From: Octopus vulgaris
Lineage: Eukaryota
Length of the DNA: 64,000 nt
Assembly (NCBI GenBank): GCA_951406725.2
Contig: OX597832.1
Span: forward strand, 4,588,001 to 4,652,000
Reading direction: 5' to 3'
The number at the start of each line of letters is the position of its first letter. The first letter of the stretch is position 1. A program made the translations under genes and the position numbers. Below the pieces are notes generated by a model that did not search any database, had not been told where the DNA came from, and saw only the letters and a list, made by a program, of their open reading frames with translations. Of the stretch, positions 55,646 through 64,000 are shown one piece after another.

Positions 55646-56292
55646 CTGCAAATTAAAAAACAGAAAATGCTATTTTACAAAACTTTAAAATTATTTTTTC
55701 TGTTTAATCTCCCTGAGGAATGTATCGAGAAGCTGTTGACAGGAAAACTCTGATTATTGTATGTTGGGGGAAAAAATGGAAAAATAAACAAATCTCTAAT
55801 GCTATGTAATATCAGGTATAAATTGGAGAAATAGAGAAAAAAATCCATCTAAAAATAGATATTTTTAGATTCAGAATATTTATTTTTTAAGAAAATTTGC
55901 TATATCAATTATAAATCCAGAAATATGCATTTTTACAATATATGTAAAAAAATTTACAATATAAATGATGATGATGTTGATGATAAGAGAGAAAGAAATT
56001 ATGATGATAATGGTATTGATGTGTATGGATCTTCTCTTTCTTTCTTTTTTTTTTTTTTTTTTTTGCAGCTCTAAATTTTTATTAGGTGGTAGTGTAAAAT
56101 ATCAGGATAAATCAGAAGAAAGAAGAAAATTTCCCTATTCCTTGATAGTCAAACATATTTTTAGTAGCAGAAAATAGAAGTGATGCCCCATCATGGTAGA
56201 AACCATACTAGGTACTTTATTGTAAATTGTAAATTGCAGATTTTATGTTTACTCTTAAAGATCAAAATGCAAAATAATTAAATCAAGAAATA

Positions 56293-56510
56293 TTGGTTTC
56301 AAATTTTAGCACAAGGCCAGCAATTTCAGGGGAAGAGATAAGTTGATTATATCAATCTCAGTATTGAACTGGTGATGATTTTATCAACCCTGAAAAGGTG
56401 AAAGGCAAAGTCAACCTTAGCAGAATTTAAACTCTGCAGCATGAAGATGGACAAAAAGCTGCTAAGCATTTTGCCAAGCATGCTAATAATTCTGCCAGCT
56501 CACCACCTAG
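56293..56510. mobile_element. SINE-like interspersed repeat (third family)
   Basis: cacaaggccagcaatttcagggg..gaaaggcaaagtcaacc..attctgccagctcacca, with a second copy at about 62085-62302. Confidence 0.7.
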
Positions 56511-56719
56511 TAAATATATCAAGTATTAAAATGAAAAAGTATTAGTTACTGCACTCTCCACAAAACCAATGGACACTCTATCTATACTATAATGGAGAAA
56601 GCTGCTTATTAATTAGGTATGTAACAGTTATGAAAAGAAAGAAATTATTAAAGGCTTGACCATCTGGAAATCTTTTTATAAAATCATTTTCCAAGAAATT
56701 TCCTGTAATTTCAATTTCT

Positions 56720-58058
56720 GAAGTTTATTGAATATTTGACCTACAAGTGTTTCACAAATTTAAATATTTGCTGCATTCACTGCAGCATAGATTTTAATGT
56801 TTAAAATAATAAACTATATTATTCATTTGCAACAGTTTCTCACTCTCTCTTGCCTCTATTTTCATTAAGGATAGTTAAATATATATTCATTTCAATGCTT
56901 TCATTTCAAGTTTTAATTTGCTATTTGCAAAAAACCCACAGTTTATTCTATATATGTAATTTAAAAAAAAATTTATTAAATGAATGAATGCTATTAGACA
57001 AAATAGCTACATAACTTTGAGGTTTATATGAGGCACAATTTCAAGAATATCTGTTTCTAGAGTTTGTTAAGTGAATATTTTTGATAAAATGAAAATTTTT
57101 AATATACCAGTATATTACAAAAAAAATTAGGAAGTGATTTTGTTGGTATGGCTGTTTGGAACACTATAAGCCTTACAATAATAACTATGTGATCATTGCT
57201 ATTTCTAGTATGCTAAACATAGTTGGGTTACCTTGAAGTTTGTTTAAATTAGAGATATATTGCAACTATGATAAATTACTGAAAGAAATATTTACTAATC
57301 AAGTAAGATTTTTTATAAATTGAAGTTTTCCGGAAAATTTATTTTCTGAACTTCCTTTTATTATTGAATATTTCAAGTTCACAAATTTAAATAATCAGAA
57401 CAAGATAGTTTTTAATGAGTTTTTATAGGTTTGACTCTCTGAAAAATTTCTCTATTAATATATATTGATAAAAAGGCAGTTTCAAAGCATCTGTTATTAC
57501 TTAATATCACAAATTTGAATATTCGTTGCCAAGCTCAATCTGGAGAACAGATTTTAACATTTGATAAACAATATTGTTCTGGCGAGATTTTTCATTTTCA
57601 TTTGCAGTACAGTCTCTCACTCTCTTTCTCCCACCTCTAATTATTATCATTAATTATAATACTTAATATATTAATTACTTAATATATATTCATTGCAATT
57701 TTTTTATTTCATTATTTCACATGAAGAAATCAAGTATTTTGTTGACTTAAATTTTGCTGTGTAAATTCCCTCAGTTTATTGTTTGTACATACTGGAAAAA
57801 AATTATATTGGACAACTTATTAAAAACTTACTGAAGCTTCGAACTCATGCGACTTATTTCCTCTCCTTTGTTATCTAAGAATCTTCAAGTGAATTTGCTG
57901 CTATAGCTATTTGATATGCTATAGGTATTAAAATATCTCTATGTGATCGATGCTATTTTTTTGCACACTAAACATAGTTGAACTACCTTTACGTTTGTTT
58001 AAAAAAGAGAGATTATAACTGATAAAATAATGAAAGCAATATTTACTAAGCAAGTAAG
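56720..58058. repeat. Diverged tandem duplication, period about 750 bp
   Basis: Colinear blocks, e.g. ctatgtgatc..ctaaacatagttg..gtttgtttaaa..aatatttactaa(t/g)caagtaag at 57185-57307 and 57939-58058. Confidence 0.8.
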
Positions 58059-60423
58059 CACTATTATACAAAGAAATAATTAGACATAAAAATCATAAAA
58101 ATTATTAGAATTGGGAATCAAATATGAAAATATTATCAAGTGGCTAGCAGAAAACTGCCTAGAGGGTGGTCTTTTTACTAGTATATTAAATATTTGAAAG
58201 GACAGAATCTAATACTTATCTGAATACTATTCTACATATGGACCATACTGTGAACTTTCTTTTTATCTAAACTGTCTATTTTATCTGCCTTTAGGTACAC
58301 GGTAAACAACTGTAAGAAAATGCCTATCAAATTCATATTGCTCAAGTCATTTTAAAGCCTTGCATAATTCAATATACAAAATAAAGTATTATCCTGCAGC
58401 CAAGCATATGAACTGAGATGATCACGTGTGGTACTGATATAGCATGAAAAGTAAAGTTTCTTATATAACTCTAACTACATTAGAGAATGTATTTTATGAT
58501 GCATGAGGTGATTATTGTGATAAAGTAGCATGACCATCTCATTGATCTTGCTTCTGAAGAAAACCTACCTTACAGTTAAATCAGAAGACTCTTGTACATG
58601 TTAGTTATAGGTATGATAAATGAATCAGTCAAGCTCTCCATTGAGCTTTTACTAGTTTTAGCCAAGGGGCACAAATTGCAAATATGTTGCCAGCATCCCA
58701 TACTGGGAACTGGCAACATATTTGCCATTTTCACATCATTTTATGTTTACAATTCTTACTAAAACAGGCAGCAAACCAGATAAGACTTTTCAAGAAAGAA
58801 AGAGAAGAATTATCATTTTTAATTAGATAATAAAATTATTTTTAATTAGATAATGCAAAAAAAAAATCACTTAACTCCTAAATATTCTTTTAATTATTTA
58901 ATGAGGTGAAGAGGTAGATGGCTATAACTTTTGCCTACCCTGCATGTAATTGGTCTTCAAAGTAAGATCTGTGAGGAAAACATAGAAGAGACAGGGAGGA
59001 GGGTTTATTGCAGGGAAAATGAGAGTAGGAAAAGCATATTTTTAAGCAGATGTGGTACACTGATTACTAGATATGGATGGGTGGGGGATCAGTTCTCAGG
59101 ATATCGGGCCTCGCAAATGATATGACAAAATATTGAAACAGCCATTTGTGATCTGTTGTATGTCATTATTATCCAACTTTACTGAGAGATGATAAAGTGA
59201 TAAAGGGGTAAAAAAATACCATGTCTTAAGACAAGTGGATGGAGAAAATGAACGAGAGAATCTTAGCTAATCATTCACATGTATTTTGTTCTGATGTGAT
59301 CTAGAATGTTTTTATGTGTATGACAACTGCACTGCCCCAGTTATGTGATACTGTGTAGAAAACCAGTAACAGATCTTGGATGACAAACTGTCTAGCCCTG
59401 CAGAGAAAGTCTTGTCCTTGGGATGTAGGTTTGGCAATATTATAAATGTAAGAATACTGTAAGAGATATGCCAAAGATTGTGAAGGCCTAGCATTTGAAA
59501 TGAATTTCAGGAATTTAGCTGAATCTTGTGTGAGATTCTCTTACATATATTACAAGTTTGTGTCATGGTGGTGTTATAGAAAGCTAGGAAATAATTTCCC
59601 ATTGAAAAGATTGTTAGAGCAAAGATCATAAAAGTGCTGCATTGAAGATGATTTTATCATTCATGAATATAGAAGGATGGAAATGAAGGTGAATACTATT
59701 TTACTTTATTGATGGAAAAAGGCCTCTAGATTTGTAGATTTGACAAGAAGTATAGATGTATTCTTGGTGGACAGAATGCTACTTTCATTTACTTTGCATT
59801 TTATTGCAAAATCTAAAAAAGATTTCTTTCTAAAACTGCCAATTTCCCCGTGTGCTTTTTCCTCCTCCTTATTCAACAGTTCTGGGAGAACATCGAATGT
59901 TTAAACCATTATACTTAATACATTGCAAATTCTACATTTATTTTCTTTCTAAGTTTCACAAACTTCAGAATATATCATAGGTGCTTATCAAATCACTCTC
60001 TTCCTTAGAGAAAGACCAAGGATTCAATAGAATACACTGAGCACTGTCAATAATTAATCAAACTAAATTTCTTATTTCATATTGAAAGAGATGAAAAGGA
60101 AATAAATCTATGTATAGCACACACATCAATAATGATTGAGTATTTACAGAACACTCAAGTTGTAACTCCCAATGCTCTTTTTGACAAGTTGTAGCTTTAC
60201 AAAGAAATCGATAGATATACTTTACCTGACAAAAGACTTATAATTGAAAATTTTATATAAAAACTATGAAGACAAATCTGAAATAAAAAATCAAATTAAA
60301 TGTAAAATCACATTAATCTAAAATAGAATGATATATCAGATCTCCAAACTTCAAGACTTAAACAAAAACGAAGAAACTAATTATAAAACTTGTAAATAAT
60401 TTTTTAGGATAAATGAAAAAGCT

Positions 60424-60682
60424 CAGTGCTTCTCATGAGGTGGGTACCCTGGTACTGGTGAAAGCATGAAGATTTAAATGGAGGATAACAAACTACTATG
60501 TTTAAGAAGACTAAAATGGTTTTAAACATTTTAATGTTGTCCATCACTATAGTGAAGAAGAAGTATACAGATGCAAATTCTATTTTGTATTTTCAAAAAT
60601 AAAGATGGCAGTAGCAGGGTGGGGAAGAGAATTTCTCTAATATTTTGGGGTTGCATAGTATACGCCAGGTTGAGAGCCATTG
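60424..60682. mobile_element. hAT/Charlie-like MITE remnant
   Basis: CAGTGCTTCTCA ... TGAGAGCCATTG imperfect TIRs. No clear TSD. Confidence 0.5.
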
Positions 60683-61532
60683 CTAATCAGACATAAAAGT
60701 TTAGTTTGATTTGGGGAGGGGAAAATATTTCAAAGAGGAAAATGCAATTTATTAAATAGCTCTACTGGGTATGAAATCAAATGACCCGACATGCAACTTG
60801 ACTAGCAACAGTGATAGCCTTTGACAAGGAAACAATTTTATAGTCAACATTTCTTTAAGAATTACAGAAAATTGATCAGTGCTGTTTTAACACTAATGAC
60901 AGTTGAAACCCAGAAAACAAGAACACAAGAACAAAACAAATGCAGGTGGTTTCTAGCAGTTTTCACTTAACATCTGAGTTGAGAGATGATTAACTATCTA
61001 ATCTGACCTTTTCTTCTAAATGTTATGTTTATTGCAACATTTTTCATATTTCAAGTTAACTTTCTATTTTTGCTGTTTTTTATTCAATTTAATTAATTTC
61101 TATTGCTTTGTAAAGGTTTTATGAAATCTTACATAACATTCATGAAAATGCTAATTTACACTGAAAATTATATAAAAGTATTAAACTTGAATTTGAATAA
61201 ATTATGCAAGTCTTTGAGCTGGAATTGCTTTTATCTTTTAGAGTTATGTTTCTAGCTAATTAACTAAAATAATTAAACACTTAACGCGTAAATTGAGTGC
61301 ATAACATTTTCATAGATGAACTATTCTGATGATATTTTTCACATTACTAATGACTAAAAGTGCTAGAAAATACTTGGAATCTGAGTTGAAACCCTGAAAA
61401 GACTGTATCATACACAACAGCATAAAAATATCTGTTAATTCTATTCTATGAAACACAACTGTATGTTAATTATATAATTGATGTCTATAACATAATTTCC
61501 AAGTATTCATATATATACCTTCACAATTCAAA

Positions 61533-61930
61533 ACTCTTTTACTCTTTTACTTGTTTCAGTCATCTGACTGTGGCTATGCTGGAGCATCGCCTTTAGTTCA
61601 GCAAATCGACCCCAGGACTTATTCTTTGTAAGCCTAGTACTTATTCTATCGGTCTCTTTTGCCGAACCGCTAAGTTACAGGGACATAAACACACCAGCAT
61701 CGGTTGTCAAGCAATGTTAGGGAGACAAACACAGACACACAAACATGCACACACACATATATACATATGTACGACGGGCTTCTTTCAGTTTCCGTCTACC
61801 AAATCCACTCACAAGGCTTTGGTCGACCCGAAGCTATAGTAGAAGACACTTGCCCAAGGTGCCATGCAGTAGGACTGAACCCAGAACCATGTGGTTGGTA
61901 AGCAAGCTACTTACCACACAGCCACTCCTA
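61533..61930 (-). mobile_element. Full-length tRNA-derived SINE
   Basis: Head ggagtggctgtgtggtaagtagc..ggttcagtcc (A/B-box-like), internal (TG)n, tail gactgaaacaagtaaaagagtaaaagag. Confidence 0.9.
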
Positions 61931-62419
61931 TGTCAATACTGTTATTTAAAAAAAAAAATTAGTTTATACATCACAATGGGTGAACAATAGGACCTTTGGC
62001 TACATATTCTCAGTGGGCTAATCACTAGTATTTCTGATAGAGAGTGCAAAGGGAGTATCTGCAATTCAGTGCAGAACAAATATTGATTTCAACTTTCAAA
62101 TTCTGACACAAGGCCAGCAATTTCAGGGGTGTGGTAAGTTAATTACATCAACCCCAGTGCTCACCTGGTACTTATTTTATTGACTCCAAAAGGATGAAAG
62201 GCAAAAGTCAACCCCAACAAGATTTGAACTCAGAACATACAGACAGACAAAATGTTACTAAGTATTTTGCCCGGTGTGCTAATGATTCTGCCAGCTCACC
62301 ACTTTCAGTGTGGAACAAATATTACAAAAGAGTGGAACATTATCAAACCACTTTTTTTATATTTCTTTTCAATGTTTACAAACTTTGTTAGTTTACGCCA
62401 GCAAAATACACACACATGT

Positions 62420-62756
62420 CATCATCATCATCATCATCGTTTAAAGTCCGCTTTCCATGCTGGCATGGGTTGGACGATTTGACTGACGATTGGTGAACCA
62501 GATGGCTGCACGAGAGTGTAGAGGGTGCTTTTACATGCCAGCAGCACGAGGGCCAGTTAGGCAGTACTGGCAACAGCCATGCTCAAATGGTGTTTTTTAC
62601 ATGCCATCTGCACAGGAGCCAGTCCAGCAGTACTGGTAACAACCTCACTTGAATATTTTTTCATGTGCCAGTACAGTGACACTGGTAACAATCACATTTA
62701 AATAGTGCTTTTTATGTGCCACCGGCACAGAAGCCAGTCAGCTGCTCTGGCAACAA
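62420..62756 (-). mobile_element. RTE LINE 3' UTR fragment
   Basis: (cat)n then cgtttaaagtccgctttccatgctggcatgggttggacg, same family as 22971 and 63289. Confidence 0.85.
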
Positions 62757-62860
62757 TATACTTCTAATATAAGGATAAAATTTTATTAAAAAGTTTTATC
62801 AGTGGCCAGCATATGAAAAAACCTTTTAAGGAGAGAATTATAAATATAATTGTAAATAAG

Positions 62861-63272
62861 GGCAAAAAAAAATTTTCTTTGTCAATTATGCTGAAAAATA
62901 GATGCTAAATCGTCTAACCACATAAAATATTTTCACTTATATTATTATACCATGTGTCGAAATGAGGAAAGCAAGCTAACAAAAATTCATAAAAATATAG
63001 TTATCCCTGAATCGGTTCCAATTTCTGGATTAATACAAAAAGGATATTCCTTCATCAGTGAGGAACACAAAATGAAAATAAATGAAATACTTAGACATAC
63101 CCATGGAAAAGCAGATGCAAAGTCATGAATACAAAGTCATATATTTTTATGAATTTCTGTTTGCTTGCTTTCCTCATTTTGACACATAGTGTAAATATTT
63201 TATGTGGTTAGATGATTTAGTGTATATTTTCAGCATATTGACAAAGAAAAAATGTTCTTTTTGCCATTATTT
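62861..63272. repeat. Inverted repeat with ~135-bp arms and ~140-bp spacer
   Basis: 62861-62998 is the reverse complement of about 63140-63272 (ctaaccacataaaatattt / aaatattttatgtggttag; aaatgaggaaagcaagc / gcttgctttcctcattt). Confidence 0.9.
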
Positions 63273-63288
63273 ATAAGTGTGTGTGTAC

Positions 63289-64000
63289 CATCATCATCAT
63301 CATTGTTTAACGCCTGTTTACCATGCTGGCATGGGTTGGATGGTTTGACTGAGGTCCGGAGAGCCAGCAGCTGCATCAGGCACCAATCTGATCTGGTAAT
63401 GTTTCTACAGCTGGATGCCCTTCCTAACACCAACCACTCCAAGAGTGTAGTGGGTGCTTTTTATGTGCCACCTGCACAGGAGCCAGTCAGGCAGGGCTGG
63501 CAACAATCATGATCGGTTGATGCTTTTTATGTGCCACCGGCAAGGGAGCCAGTCTGATGGACCTGGCATCAACCATGTTCGGTTGGTGCTTTTTACATGC
63601 CACCAGCACGGGAGCCAATCAGGCGGACCTGGCATCGACCACGTTTGGATGATGCTTTTTACATGCCATCAGCATGGGAGCCAGTCAGGGGCACCAGCCC
63701 CAGCTATAATTTTGGTTTTACTTGACTTAACAGGTCTTCTCAAGCATATCATATTGCCTGATGCATCAGGGGTATTCTTAACAGAGCCGGACATGTGGCT
63801 GTGATCTCACTTTACTTGCTGGGCCTTCTCAATCACAGCATATCTCCAAAGGTCTCAGTCTCCTGTCATTGCCTCTGTGAGGCCCAATATTTGAAGGTCA
63901 TACTTCACCACCTCATCCCATGTCTTCCTGGGTCTACCTCTTCCACAGGTTCTTTCTACAGTTAGGGAGTGGCACTTCCTCACACAGCTGTCTTCATTCA
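63289..64000 (-). mobile_element. RTE LINE 3' end running off the window
   Basis: (cat)n tail at 63289, ~60-bp 3' UTR tandem units, and ORF2 end (GRGRPRKTWDEVVK) at about 63900-64000. Confidence 0.9.

Noticed and set aside
57185-57285. Possible C/D-box snoRNA (TGTGATCA..CTGA) in the tandem duplicate
   Set aside because: The C box is imperfect, it lies antisense to the host gene, and the box spacing is not kept in the second copy.
60226-60277. Minus-strand exon-like segment (ttttatttcag..CAG|gtaaag) as a possible upstream GPCR exon
   Set aside because: The only open frame (ICLHSFYIKFSIISLLS) ends in phase 1, incompatible with the phase-0 start at 55645, and shows no TM1/TM2 family motif.
61860-61930. 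tRNA-like sequence
   Set aside because: It is the head of a multi-copy SINE and no complete cloverleaf is evident.
63453-63700. Regularly spaced repeats resembling a CRISPR array
   Set aside because: Whole units are homologous with no unique spacers, they lie in an RTE 3' UTR in eukaryotic DNA, and there are no cas genes.

Overview
AT-rich, repeat-dense animal genomic DNA. The SINE, RTE-LINE, MITE and microsatellite content strongly resembles Octopus (inference from recognised repeat sequences, not a database search). Eight short minus-strand GT-AG exons between 504 and 55645 splice in frame, with all seven intron phases compatible. They give about 187 aa of a 7-TM receptor (ECL1/TM3 to TM7) resembling the cAMP-receptor-like GPCR group (Dictyostelium CAR/CrlA, GPR157, plant GCR1). 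The N- and C-terminal exons were not found and probably lie outside the window. Almost all ORF-track entries are microsatellite or repeat artefacts. The introns contain a near-full-length degenerate mariner, a foldback element, RTE and CR1-like LINE remnants, two Penelope-like GIY-YIG fragments (one followed by a decayed minimal hammerhead ribozyme), piggyBac- and hAT-type MITEs and many tRNA-derived SINEs. The most notable unexplained items are two pre-miRNA-sized hairpins (36605-36666, 58673-58730), hammerhead-like motifs, a diverged ~750-bp tandem duplication, a candidate poison exon and a few exon-like segments on the antisense strand. I found no clearly novel multi-gene system.
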